A stretch of 60,424 bases of DNA, the filler included, from Bipalium vagum (lineage: Eukaryota): NCBI GenBank assembly GCA_037834085.1. It is 3 parts of 3 records of this genome, joined end to end, with 100 filler letters (N's around TTAATTAATTAA, not from the genome) between each part and the next. Parts side by side here need not be neighbours in the genome. Positions count along the whole stretch, not along the records: positions 16,497 to 37,706 come from JBBMKC010240416.1; positions 37,807 to 60,424 come from JBBMKC010219020.1; 1 more part is not named here. One strand, given 5' to 3'. Shown here one piece after another: positions 31,363-45,000 of this stretch. The position numbers and the translations under genes were made by a program. Within the stretch, counting starts at the first letter, position 1. Every line of letters starts with the position of its first letter. Under the pieces are notes generated by a model. The model did not search any database. It was given only the letters and a program-made list of their open reading frames with translations, and was not told where the DNA came from.

Positions 31363-33683
31363 TCGGGTGGCTCAAAATAAATGGGACATTTGATTAATTA
31401 AATCTTGTTGTATTTTCTGAAATCTATTTTTAAAATTTTATTTTGGTAAATGTTATTAGCAATAACCTTAACAAATAACCAATAGTTATTGTAAGCACAA
31501 TCAAAGTCAGCTTGAATCATTTATTAAACACAAAATTGAAAACTGCCTTTTCACTAAGATCTGTCAATTCAAACAAATCCTTTTAAATTCTTTTCGTAAT
31601 TAATATATATTAATTACAAATTCATGTTGACATAAGATTTTCCTTATATCCTCGTTGTTAAGAATTTTTTTAGCCTTTCGACATTCCGTTGTAGTTTTCA
31701 TCCTTCTTAATCTTCTAGGATATATCGTCGATCGTGTATTTTCTGTTCCACTCTAAAGGGTCGCATAAATTTCTCTTGGCCTTTATTTCGAACTTCCACT
31801 TTTATCAGAACCTTATTTCCACTTTGAACTTCCTTTAGGTGAGGGTTGATGGATATTTTTGCCTTGAACTGACACTCTATGAATGCTTGACTATTCATCT
31901 CTACTGATTTTCCTGTCGAATACCATTTATACTGGACTGGTTCCGATTGAACTCTGTATGAACTCTCCCAGGTCAACAATTTGTAGATAAAAATAAATCC
32001 TTTTGTAACTTGTAAATGATTCAAATATTTTATATCTGTGCATGTTCTTTGATAACTCAAAAAACCATTCCTGATGTGATTTAATCTTTTGCATGATAAA
32101 ATGAAATAAAATGTAATTGTTGTAATATTTTGGTAAACGTATAAAAATAAAAAATTTTAATTGTAGGTAAATCCTGCGAAAGATTTTAAATTAAATAAAT
32201 GGTCAAAATATAAATAAAATTAATTTAATTAAATAAGTAATTAAAATATAAATAAAATCCAAAAAATATGGAAAAAATTAAGAATATTTCTTAAATTAGA
32301 AAAAATAATAAAAATCATTACTTAAAATAAAAATTTAAATTAAATTGTATGAATAAAAATATTTATATTTACTAAAAATATAAAATTATTAAAAATTTTA
32401 ATATAAATAGAAAATATTTTTACAGTCAGAAAACAAGAAAAGACAGAAAATTTAGTCAGAGTACTAATTGAAAAATAAAGAAATTCTGATATTAAATTTC
32501 CATATTTGTCAAACGATTGTCAAACAAAATTATCTTGGTTTCAAGTTACAATTTAGCCCGAGCAAGGAATTATCAGAATTGACAGCTCATCTCAAATTAC
32601 TACAAGAGTCGAATATATATATAGTCGCAGAAATTTAAAGAAAAGGGAGAAGAAGAAAAAAAGATAGAAAAAAAGAACTGACGACTCAATCATACAAAGG
32701 AATAAGAGTCTATTAACTAATTTGAACCAGAAGAAATTTGATTTAAGAAACAGGATTCATTCGAACAATCAGTCAGTCAAAGGATTTTAGTCATTTGCAA
32801 AATTTGGGACCTATTCGAAGAGACGGAAATTAAGGATCTATACTATCACTTTTCAAGAGATCCAGATACTGCTATATTCCGGTAAAAGATCAGTAATTTG
32901 TAATTTATATTCATTCATATTTAAAATCACTACGAATTTCAATTTGATTTAAATTGTACAATTGATTTCTAACTTGACTACAAGTTAGTAAATAAATAAT
33001 TTAATTAAATAATCCATCGAAGTAAACGAATAGATCCCCGAATACTTTCGAAATAATCAAGTAACTTTTAACTTTTTTGATCTCATTTCTATATTTATTT
33101 TTTTGCCTTCTCAACGTCAAGTAGGGCGGAGAGGCGCTTTTTAATTTTGAGGGCTCTTAAGGCTAGGTTTAGCAAAGAGCATAAACATTTTCTGACCATT
33201 TTTCTGGATTTGCTAACAAACTATTACTTATATAAATAAAGTTTTTAAACTCATAATAATTCGTTTTGTTTTGTCTTAGTGATTTAAACTTTTTATTTGT
33301 TGAAAGTCACATTTACGTTTTGGTTCATAATTATTGTTCATCCGCACGCAATTAACAGTTACCCAGTCCATTTAAAAAGTAAACAAACGCAACCTATTAT
33401 ATATAATTTAATTAATAAAAACGTGAAGAAACTGTTGAAACACTTGCCGATGTGAGAAAATCAGCAAGATTAGTTGTCTAAAAACTAGATGTGCATAGAA
33501 GTATTGTACATAGTGTTCTGAAGGAAGATTTGCAGTTTAAATCGTATTTTCAACGGTCAATACCTTATCTTACATCCTTGAATAAAAAAAAGAATTAGTT
33601 TTGTGAATTGGGTGCGAAAAGTATTCGTAAGAACGATATTATTCAATGTTCTTAAAGTGTCCCATTAATTCTGAGCCATCCGA
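31363..33683 (+). mobile_element. Tc1/mariner-superfamily element with matching TIRs, interrupted by inserted DNA
   Basis: TIRs TCGGGTGGCTCAAAATAAATGGGACATTT / rc TCGGATGGCTCAGAATTAATGGGACACTT with TA flanks. Transposase HTH remnant RKSARLVV*KLDVHRSIVHSVLKEDLQFKSY at about 33455-33550. Confidence 0.75.
31650..32060 (-). mobile_element. Ty3/gypsy integrase C-terminal relic
   Basis: GNKVLIKVEVRNKGQEKFMRPFRVEQKIHDRRYILED..RNVERLKKF matches the GPF/Y module that ends gypsy pol. Confidence 0.7.
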
Positions 33684-35831
33684 TAAATTTTATAAAGACA
33701 TTGTGAAGAAAGAAATTTAACAGAAAGAAAAAGCTAAACTTTACCTTTAGTTAATTTTTCTAAAATATCATTTTATATTTATATTGCTTTTATAGAAATA
33801 GAATTTGATTTTAATAAAAAATAATAGCTTATTTATTCAAGATTAAACAAAAGTTCAAATTTTTTCTTCATATTACACTTTAAATCCTATACAATTTGCA
33901 AAAGGTAAAAATACTAGAACATATTCAGATTATGTAAGAGCTTATAAATATTTTAATAATGACCCTCAATTAAGTTTATTGGAATTGATTGGATTTATAG
34001 TTCTCAACCTCAATGAAAGAGAACCAATATTCACAAGGATTTAGTCAGACAGTTTCAGTCAGCCAGATAGCTCTAACCAATCAACCAGTTCAAATCCCTA
34101 AATCTATCCTTTAAAAAATTTGATTGATTTTGAAAAACATTTGTATTATTTTATTCATTGATTCTCAAAAGACATTTGATTTTAATAACATTGTGTTATT
34201 TTTTTGTGTTATTAAAATTATCAAAAATCATGAATAATACATGTATATAATAAAATGCTCCTTGTAATAATTTTTGTAAAAAAGAGCAAGTATTAAAATT
34301 TTGAGTATTCAATTACATTTGAAAAATCACGTGTTATTTTAGTTACTTTCATTTTCTCTTATTGAATAAACTTTCTTCATAATTGGAATTGGTCACCCTT
34401 TAAGAAAAATTTTATAAAAATCCATAAATTACCTTTGTCGGTGTTCAACGGGAACAGAATTTCAAAAAATATTTTTTTTATTTAAGAGATCAAGCAGAGA
34501 ATGTGTGTTTAAATGGAGCTTTAGTAACTTTACTTATTTAAAAATAATTTATAGGAAAAAAGAACGTTGTTTTATTACTAGAACAATTTATAGAATTAAA
34601 AATTAAGGGAGGAGAAATGTTTAATATTGAAATTAAAACAAACCTCACAGAAAATGAAAACAACATTTTTAGATTTTATTTTATATTTTTACAAGATATT
34701 ATTTATTTATTTTTTAACATAATATTTATTTTTAATAAAATGGAAAAATGATATACAGATTGTCCATATTAATATAATGATAAAGTTTGTTACGCTTATA
34801 TATTACTATGAAACTATACATAACTTCTAGCTGACCTTGTCGCTTCTGTCAATAAAGTGTTTGCAAATAATTGAATCAAAAGAATACAATAAAATTTTGT
34901 TCTTTTAATCACAAATACAAAAGTAATCACACAGTAGTATAAAGTGAAGTGTCTCAAATAGTCAGAAATAATCAAATAATATTGAAAAGCAAAACAATAA
35001 AATCGAATCAAATGATCAATAATATTCGAATCATTAAAAATTCAATCAAAATACTTAACAAAATAATTAATATGATTAATGTTAATAGAAAAATAAAGCA
35101 ATGCAATACAGATCTCAATGATCAAGTAGACGAAGGGTCCAAGGGTTGCTTTATGAGCCAGATCCGGTTCGCTTATAAACGCACTAGCAGTACAGGACCC
35201 ATCCTGTCGCATAAAGAAGACATAAATAAGCAATTTGAAAATCTTCCGACAATAAATTCTTCAATATTTTCTGACAATTTAACCATTCACTTACTCTCTT
35301 TTTGTAGCAGTTCATCGAGGACTCCAAATGCCTTATATACTACTGGTCAGAAGATTAATCTGTCGCAGACTAGTATTCTTAATGGGAAATGTCGATTCCC
35401 GTTTTAATCCATTAATTCCAAATCGGTTCCGACTTGCGGACCCTGATTTTCTCTTGGCAATTCGACATTCACCGTTGTCAAGATTAGATAATTTTTTGAA
35501 AAGTTAATGAAAAAGACTGAAACAAAATTTAAAAAGATTAAACAGAGCCATATAAATGTTAAAAATATTTTATTTTTTTCATTTTAATTCAGTTTTATAT
35601 ATCTGCCGAAATTGTTAATGCAAATAACATTATCTTTATTTTAAGTCTTGCTTTTAAATTAAATTTAAATTTTGAGATATACTATTTTTATTAAATTTTA
35701 GAATATTATTTTTATCACAGAGTTATTAAAATAAAAAAAATATTTAAAAATCATTTATGACCAAAATAAGTAAAAAAATATTATAGAAAGAATATAAAGT
35801 TTCGATGTTTAAATAATATGTATTTCAAGTT

Positions 35832-37646
35832 ATGAATAAATTCTTTAAGTTTTACAAATTTTGTAACTGTTTTTCCTACGCTAAATCCAGGTATCACTGT
35901 CGAATAGTACATAAAAATGTTGAAAATAATTTTTTAGACAATTTTGTAACACGTTGACTTTACCAAAGTCAACAAAATTGGTGAATAATATTGAAATTGA
36001 TGCATTAAGTGATTTAAGCGTAGCTTTTTCAAAAGGTTTTAGTACTAATATTTAGTTATCTACAATTTAATTAGTATTACAGATTCCATATCACCAGAAA
36101 AAGTGTATAATTTACTAATCACAGTCTCCAATACTTTCAACTTGTATAATAATAATTTAACACAGTCTTTGTTTAGTAAAATATGGACTGAAGTTAAAAA
36201 AAAAAGTAGTGTCAAAATCATGTAATATTTATTATTATTTAAGCTTCAAATATTTAGACATTAAAGTTGATATCAGTCATTACAATGTTACATTGATGTC
36301 GTATTTAAAGAATGATATTGAATTTGATCCAGTTGCTATTTTAAAAGACTTAAATGAAAGCCAAATTTTGGTCAATGACGTATATTTCTATATTATTTGT
36401 GATGCATCATGAAAACCGTTGTAGGTCACTTACAATCTTTTGATTGAGAAATATTGTCGTATGGGTAACATGGAGTCAACGATGTATGTGTTTCTGTGTC
36501 GGTTTCAGTGTTGATTAATTTGCCATCTATTCTCTTTCAGGAAATTGCTCGATAAAATGGTCAAATGCAACATACAGATCGATGCAATGAAATACAGCTG
36601 GCTCATTGGTTGTGCAATCAGAATCGGGTAAACATTTGATTTATTTATTGTGGAACAGAGAAAATTGACAAAAGTTTTTACATGGCAGAGATTCAAAACT
36701 GAAGGAGAAATTCTTGGACGAGATGAATGTCAAGCAGAATCTGACAATCCCCATTTCCGGTTTTTCTTTTATCGCTGAAGCGTATGCAAGCATTTTGGAC
36801 GTTGATAAATGCATGGAAACATTGAAACAGAGCGAAATAACTCATGGAAAATATGACAAATTCATCAAGAACAAATATCAGTCGTATTATGAGTTGGCCA
36901 GAGTCAATGCCAGTGAAAAGGATTTGCTAAAGGTATCTCTTATCATTATAATAATGATATAAATTAATAATAATATTATTATATATTTTTTGTCAATATT
37001 TTATAATTTTCGATTGTTATTATAATATTACTGTTTTTATAATTTTAATATTTTTTATAATTTTAATATTATTATATATTTTTTGTCAATATTTTATAAT
37101 TTTCGATTGTTATTATAATATTACTGTTTTTATAATTTTTAATAATATAATAAATATTAGTATTTTTCTTTTATTTTATAATGTTATAATTATTTTTATT
37201 ATTAATTTTTATTTCTATTATTTATTTGCTATTACAATTATTATCATTATTATTCAAACATTTAAAGATTGGTTTTATTTTGGTTTCAGTTTATCTCTTA
37301 CCTCAATGAAACCCCTAGCACAAAATATGTCCTGCGCTTTTTTCAAAAGTTAAATCGATCGAAGTTTTATTTCGCCTCAAATTTTCTAATCAGAAATGTC
37401 AATGTCGAATTGACCCAATACGATTACAGGCAAATGGCGAAATGGCTCATCATTTTGCAGCCGGTAAGTTGTCATTGGTGTTATCATGATGTTTTTCAAT
37501 TAATGAAATCAATAATCATTTGATTAGTCGGTATTGTTTTAATATTTATTTGTCCCTACAGCCTTTTCAATACATGGAGTATCTGATCAATAAAATCGAT
37601 GACAAAATGTTCCAAAAATTTCTCATTCGATATCTTTATCCTTTCG
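35832..37646 (+). CDS. LRPPRC: LRPPRC-like mitochondrial PPR protein, 5' part, cut at the contig end. Exons: 35832-35890, 35938-36035, 36083-36205, 36258-36379, 36425-36483, 36541-36627, 36689-36932, 37290-37348, 37394-37463, 37562-37646
   Basis: The spliced translation KIWTEVKKKNIKVDISHYNVTLMSYLKNDIEFDPVAILKDLNESQILVNDVTYNLLIEKYCRMGNMESTMKLLDKM aligns with the LRPPRC motif DVSHYNALLKVYLQN..VTYQRLIASYC..G. All introns are GT-AG and the N-terminus is basic and presequence-like. Confidence 0.88.
36972..37140. repeat. Near-tandem duplication of about 75 bp in an LRPPRC intron
   Basis: AATATTATTATATATTTTTTGTCAAT...ACTGTTTTTATAATTTT occurs twice. Confidence 0.8.
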
Positions 37647-37706
37647 GTTTGTTTTCGTCTTATTGTTGATATTAATAATCGTAATAATTTATTATGTATA
37701 TTAATA

Positions 37707-37806
37707 NNNNNNNNNNNNNNNNNNNNNNNNNNNNNNNNNNNNNNNNNNNNTTAATTAATTAANNNNNNNNNNNNNNNNNNNNNNNNNNNNNNNNNNNNNN
37801 NNNNNN
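37707..37806. other. Artificial contig-joining spacer N44-TTAATTAATTAA-N44
   Basis: Identical to 16397-16496. Confidence 0.9.
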
Positions 37807-38769
37807 TTTTTAGTGTTTTTGGGTGCGAGCTCAATAGTTAAGCCCATAGCAACCTTAGTTAAGGTCAGATACGCTAGGGGGCAAGTTTGCGCCAACAAAA
37901 GTACAACACAAAATATGAATGTCCATTGTCATTAGGCACATGAAAAATGACATTAGAGATTTTAACTTAAGTGGTTTATTAAAATGATTCGTATTAATTG
38001 TTTGACAAATTACCGGCAGCTATTATTTTACACTCCACCAAAATTCCGATTTACAGAAAAATTTTTGTTGTTGTTGATATTTGTTTTGATATTATGGAGA
38101 CTCCCAAGCTCCAGTTTCAATTCGGTTCAATCCAGTTCAAAACATCAATCACTTAATTCGAAAATTTAAAATTGATGATGATCACTTTTGTATATAATTC
38201 TATTCCTTATTTTATTGGTCTAAAAATATAACTTTTATTTTTAATAATTTTTAATGTTAAATTTAGAGCCCCCAAAATTAATTATTAATCAATTTATTTC
38301 TCTGGTATTTAAAATTTTATAAAAATTATTTAAAATATAAAAGTGATATAAAATCTTATAAACTAAAACATAAAATGTAAAATTATAAAATAAAAAGATA
38401 AATCTATTAATAAAGATAATATATTATAAAATTATATAAATATAAATAAAAGTATAAAATTTAAAATATAAAATTAAGATAAATTTTTAATGATCAAGTT
38501 GTTATTTTGGCGATTAATACTAATATTTTATTCAAAAACTGACTGGTAACATAAAGTTACTAGATAAATAAATTAAAAACTTTTATAACATTTACTATAA
38601 ATAGACATACATATATAACAATACCTTTTATAGTAATATTATTTTATATTTTATAATTTTATAAATATTTATATATAGCAATACAATAATTTACAAAATA
38701 GTAACATAGTATGAAATATTTTAAATTTTGTTTAAATATCAGATATATTTTTCTAGTTTACATATTTGA

Positions 38770-39834
38770 AATGATGTGGAAAAGACATTTATTACTTTTG
38801 TGTTTCTGAAAAGGTAAAAATGTAAAACGAAGCACGGAAAAAAATGAGAAGACGTTTATGGAGATCATGTTCTGTCAATTCGCCAATGCCAATACTGGTT
38901 TCAAAATGTCGTTTCGGTAATTTCGATCTTGAAGACGCAGTAACAGATCACTCAAGGCTGATGAAGGTAAAATAAGAAAACAGATAAATTAAGACTCGAG
39001 AGATTGCTACGACATTAAATTTATCAAATTCAACCGTTCATAATCATTTGAAAAGGACGGGTCTTGTTTCAAAGCTGGATATGTGAGTGCCTCAATTTCT
39101 TAAAGAACGAAATTTGGTGCATCGCATTGATATTTGTCATTTGCTTTTGCAACGTCAAAAAATGATCCATTTTTGAAGCCTTAGTAATTTGGGACGAGAA
39201 ATGGATTTTATACAACAATGTAAAAACGAAAAGGTTATGATGTACCGAAGGTGAGTTCGGTCAAAGTACCCCCAAACCCAATATTAATCAAAAGAAAGTA
39301 ATGCTTTCTGTTTGGTGGGATTTTAAAAGAATAATTTACTTTGACCTTCTACCGAACAATAGCACAATAGATACTATAGTGTACTGCAATCAACTGGACA
39401 AATTGAATTAAACCATGAGGCAAAGAAGGCCAGTATTGATTAACAGAAAAGGTGTGGAATTCCACCAGGATAATGCCCATCCCCATACAAGTTTCTTCAC
39501 TCGTCAAAAGCTGTTACAGTTTTTGGATGGGATGTGTCGCCCACCCACCATTTTCACTAGATCTGGCACCATCTGATTATTACCTCTTTCGGTCCTTAGA
39601 AAATTTTTAGAAAAGTTTCATTTCCAACAAATAGGTCAAAAATCACTTGGATTTGTTTTTCACGAGTTAAGATGTAACTATCGATGAACACGGAATTCTG
39701 CAAGTCTCCTAAGGATGGCAAAGGGTGTTGTACCAAAACGGTCAATATGTAATTGATTAAAACATATGTTCACCACAAAATAATTTGATTTTGGTTTTTA
39801 TCAAAAAAACACAATTACTTTTTGAACAACCCAA
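38770..39834 (+). mobile_element. Near full-length degenerate mariner (mellifera-like), right TIR intact
   Basis: [62 protein letters not shown] and RWQRVLYQNGQYVID*. The end reads AATTACTTTTTGAACAACCCAA-TA. Confidence 0.92.
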
Positions 39835-41296
39835 TATAATACGTATAACTATTGATAATAATTAAAGTTTAAGTTTAACGACACAAGATAGAACAAGATT
39901 AGAGAAAAATAATTAAAATTTGTAGAACTAGCAGTTGCAAAAACTCAATTAACTTATAACAGCAGATTTTAGCTTTGAAGAAGACATGGATCAGGAAGGA
40001 GCAATAACAGAACCCGCATTACAATATCTATAAAAAGGATTACAATATTTTAGCAGGAAAAGGGTAACTAGGAGAAGGACAACAACAAAAGCAAAAAAGA
40101 TATTCCAGAACCAAAATAAAAAAAGAAAGTTTTGTTATTTTGTTGTATATTTAATAACTTGAGGATCTGATTACAAATCCGACTATTTAAGTTAATAACA
40201 AAGTAAACTGGTATCACACTTTAATAGATGAACCGATAACAAATAAAACCTAGACTTTCAGTTATATTTCGATTTTGAATTAGAAATAAAAAGTCATCAA
40301 ATTATTAAAAGTAAATACTAATGGTTGGATCAGTAACTTCAACGCTTTAGGGCCAAATAGATTCATTTTTGTTTTATTTCCTAGTATTTTTTTCTTTGAG
40401 TTCTTCACGTCTAGTAGGACGAAGAACCGAATTTTTAACTGAGGGCTCTTTAGAGTAGGTTACCATAGGATTATCTGACTTTTCTTATAAAATATCTGAA
40501 TATCGGGTTCTAATTTAAACTTCTCTTGTAAAAATTAATAATATATTTTTCAGATTTATATAAAATATATTTTAGTAAAAAATTGTGTTATCTCAGTTTG
40601 TTATTGTAACATTAAATTTGAAAAACATTTAATAATTTTAGAATCGATTTTTGTTATATCTGTCACTCAATATTTACTCCGTTAATGCGTGCACTAAAAC
40701 TTTATGATCTAAATAAATTTAGTGTTAAGTTGCTCTATCACAATTCACAAAGTTGTTCATCCTTAATTCCACCCTTTAGCACACTTAACAATATGAATAT
40801 GAATGGTCTTCTAGGAGTTTTACTTATTAATGTCGAAAATAATAATATTTGTATAAAATAATTTTCACTAGTAACCATTTTCCAAGACTTCATTCATATA
40901 TTAAGCTTTTGATTAATGTTGTTTTATAGAATTTCTTTTGATTACATTCTCATAACCTCATTATTGTATAAACTCACGAGGTCGTTTGAAAATTGGCACC
41001 AGGCGAGTTCTGAACTCTGTTTCTCATGTTATACCCAAGTTTTCAATAAAAAAATTTGAAAATTTATCTACTACAAACAAATTAATTTTGACAATCGTTT
41101 GTTTCTGCATTTATTTGTACAAGTATGATCTCAAAAGGTAGTATGATCTACCTTTATTAGAAAAAAGTTAGACTAATTATTGATATTTATGAATGGAGAA
41201 AAAAAATATTGACAAAAACCTCCGCGGGATCTGACTAAAAAATCTATACATTGAGTGCTCTACGTAGAACAATAATATAAAAAATTTAAAATTTAT

Positions 41297-41518
41297 TTAA
41301 TATACAATGGCAATTTTTTTCGTCAATCTTCTAGAAGCACCAAGATGCGGTTTGTCTATGAGACTTCTTTGAAACGTTTGAACCAAAAAGCAAACGTTGC
41401 TACTTCTTTGCTCAAGAACAGAAAATTTTTTCAATATACTATTGTTATATCTGAAACGATGAAATTCATATAAGATACAATGGCGAATGTGCATCTTATC
41501 TGGTCTCATTTTGGACAT
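41297..41518 (-). mobile_element. Mariner 5' fragment
   Basis: DKMHIRHCILYEFHR..SLIDKPHLG. Confidence 0.7.
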
Positions 41519-42069
41519 TGTGGGAAAAAAATTGGTGAAGTTTTTACTTTATTATTTTCAAAGAGATTTGCCATTTGAATAGTTGACCTGAAAAAATTTT
41601 TTTAATTGATTTATTAAAACAATTGCAATGCTTACAATACATAATAAAAATCTAAGTTATTTATTACTAGAAATAATAAATAAAATTAAAAATTATATTA
41701 TAACAAAAAATGAATTTCCACTTTTAAATCAATGCCTTGGGTAAGACTTAAAGAATAATCTTTCCTTACCGGATTCATATTGATTACTTCATAGTATCAT
41801 AAGGCTTAATAACGAGGAAGAATTATTATTTGGTTTAATTTCTCAGAAATCTTTTTTCAATGTATTCCACTAACCAAAATACGTTTTAATTCGTTTTATA
41901 TCAACTGTTTTTAGTTTACAATAAAATTCATTAATTGATATCAAATCCAAAGTCCAAACCCTTTATTGATTTATTATGTCATTCATGGATACACTTGAGC
42001 TCGCAAAATCACCTTATATTTCAGTGATGAAAACAGAAAATAATCATTTTTATAAAAATATTAAATTTT

Positions 42070-45000
42070 ATGGAGGAAAAGTTGCCTTTTTATCAGTGGA
42101 ATGATTTGCCTTGGAATTTTTTTAATGATCTTTATTATCAATGGGAAGTTGGTTTTTCAATTTTTATTTTTATTCAGAACTCTTTGATCGTTTTCTTTAA
42201 CAAGGTTCTGCCAACCTTTCTTGGAATTGAATACATGACTTATTTCTTGTCCATAATTTCTTTGATCCATGCAATCAAAAATAGCAAGAATCATCTTTTA
42301 GTCTGGCTGGCTTCAATTATTACAGGAACATCAAACGACATTTTTTTTATGGCCTTACCGATGGTCAATAATTTTTGGCAGGTAATAGTTAAATAATTTT
42401 TTACAAAATGATCAACCTTGTTATGTTTGACGTCAGTTTATCAACTTAATTACAATAATCATACTTTCTCAATAAATAAATAATAAAAAAATAATGTTTA
42501 AATATAAATAAATAAATAATAATAAAATAAAACTAAAAAATAAGAAAGTGTTTTCTTTGATTTTTTTTAGTACCACAATTGTATCATGTGATCTTTTCTG
42601 AAATTCATTTAATTTGTTTTAATTATTAATACCAAGCTGAACCACAGAATTGGACATTTCACTTTTTAACATAATTTTACGCAATTGATTATTTTAAATA
42701 TGAATTTCTGTAAGAAAAACGCACCACTAAAAAATTGAAATGGAACCATTAAAATTATCTATCGATTTTCTTCGAAAATAAGACCCGGTCTCCAATAACT
42801 GGAAGCATCGAAAATTAAAATGGAAAACAAGACTAATTTAAGTACATTAACAACTTTTTGATTCTAAATTTTATTTAGAATCAAAATGGAATCGACATTC
42901 GTAAAAAGAATTAAACCCCCCCATAAATAATACCATATTTCTATTTTCGAGGAAGACCTGTAATATATTTGAACAAATAGCATCAAATAAATAAATTCGT
43001 ATGAAAAAATGTCAATGGCGAGTCATGTCACGGAGTTTTACGACACAATCTTCGATTCTTCTTAGTATTATAGTAATTAGAAGATTTATTTGCCCTTGAG
43101 GTATGTCGTTTCATATTTGTTTAAGTTCTTTTTTTAATCAATAGGAGACTGTACCTGACGACCTATAATATCCCACGCATTCTTAATAGAAAATATATCT
43201 GTTGAATATTGTGGCCAATATATATTTACCACTTCTGATTCTTTCAAAAACTTTACTGTTATTCTGAAGATATTCGGCTTCAAGTTGATATGAAAACTAC
43301 TGTATGTGAATGTTTCCATTCATGGAAGTAATACGGTTCTCAGATTTTGATCGGATGTATTGAAGAGCTTTTAAATTACCTCTGATAAATAACAGGGGTG
43401 ACCGAAATCTAAAGCATTTGGAGCACCATAACATAATTCTTGGTGTGAGTCCCTTTTATCGTTTCCCACGGTAACGTTTCCAGCATTCATAGCTTTGTCA
43501 TAAACAGAATCTTGAATACACATTGAAAGTGATTCGATTTTATTCGTCACTTCAATGTGACACTAACAAAGTCTTGTAGATGTTTTATTTGATTTAAATG
43601 ATAAACATTGTTTCTAACTTTACAAAAGGAGACCAATAAAATATACAATACTGATTGTTGTTGTCGACATAAATCTGTCTCTAACAGCTGGACGATGAAT
43701 GTGTCTATTTTTACTTTCATAAGGGTTTCGATTATTGCCTCCTGGATAATGCAAGAAAAAGCATCTCATCCAGTAAGATATGATAATAATTTTTTCTCAA
43801 AAGTTTGGCAATTTCTCTGAAACTTATTACAACTTTATGAACTCCTCTCATTACACCTCCTTCAAAGTTCAATTTTGGACAAAATTTTGCATTTTACTTA
43901 CTCTAGTCATATTATTCATAACACTAAATGTAAGATAAGTATTTGTTGACTTTCATGAATTATTTACTTACATGAATATTTAAGTAATGCGCTTAAAAAT
44001 TTGGTTATCTGATTAAATTAGATTGATTAAACAAAAACTTAAATAATTCCGATGCAATTCATTAAAATGATAATTGGTTTGATCTTATTGAAAATGAATT
44101 TATGTCACTTAATCAAAAGTTTTGCAAAAAGATATAATGAATGAATAAGAATAATGATCATTCCTTTGTCTTTAAATGCTAATTGATAGGTCGAAATTTT
44201 ACAAATTTATTTTATTTATTTGTAAAATTTATTTTTTAAACTTAAGATTTCTGAGAAGTAATATCGTTTCTCGACATCAGATTAAAATTTGAAATACCAT
44301 AAAAATCAACGAAAATTCTTTAAAATATATGTTATACATAATATTTTATTTATTTATAAATAAAATTTCAATTAGTTAAATATTTATTCTCATAATTATT
44401 TTTATGTTCTATATATATAGAATATTATTTTATTTATATAAATCCTAATAATTCAGGCTCAAGCTACAATAATGTTGTCGCCTAGACTACCATTGTACAT
44501 ATGCTGTATTTACAATATATTTTTGTATTACTCCACAATATCGTCATGGAGGCTGACTTTCGAAAATATGTGGCCGGAAGCAGCAATCACTGGAATACTG
44601 GCTTTGCTCATATATTATCCTTATGACCTGATAGGAGTAAAGCACTTATGGTGGACATGGCATACAACAGATCCTGCTGTAATGTAATTAATTTTTTCAT
44701 TATTCATCAAAATTATTTAATTTCCTATGATATTATGGGATTTCTCATGAATTTTCACGAATTCTTTATAACTCAAAATGGATTTTTTATCGAACGGAAA
44801 TCAGTGTAACTAATAACAGTTTTGTGAATAGCAGGAACAAAGTATTATCAGCCAACTTCGTACTTCCTGGATATATTTAAGAAGCAACTAAAATGTCAGC
44901 TTTGTTAGCTTTTCCTTGATTAAGACATTATGTTGTCTTCCTTATTTCTCATCAAATGTAAATATTTGTTCTAAAGTCAAAGTATGTTAATACGCAATGT

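Noticed and set aside
34949-35407. 152-aa plus-strand ORF
   Set aside because: Non-ATG start, low-complexity Asn/Ile/Lys N-terminus and no recognisable domain; splice signals favour the minus strand.
35110-35500. Identification as telomerase RNA, RNase P/MRP, SRP or 7SK
   Set aside because: No CTAACCCTAA template, no complementary 5' P4 strand, no SRP helix-8 motif and only one GATC in the candidate stem. Kept only as an unidentified candidate.
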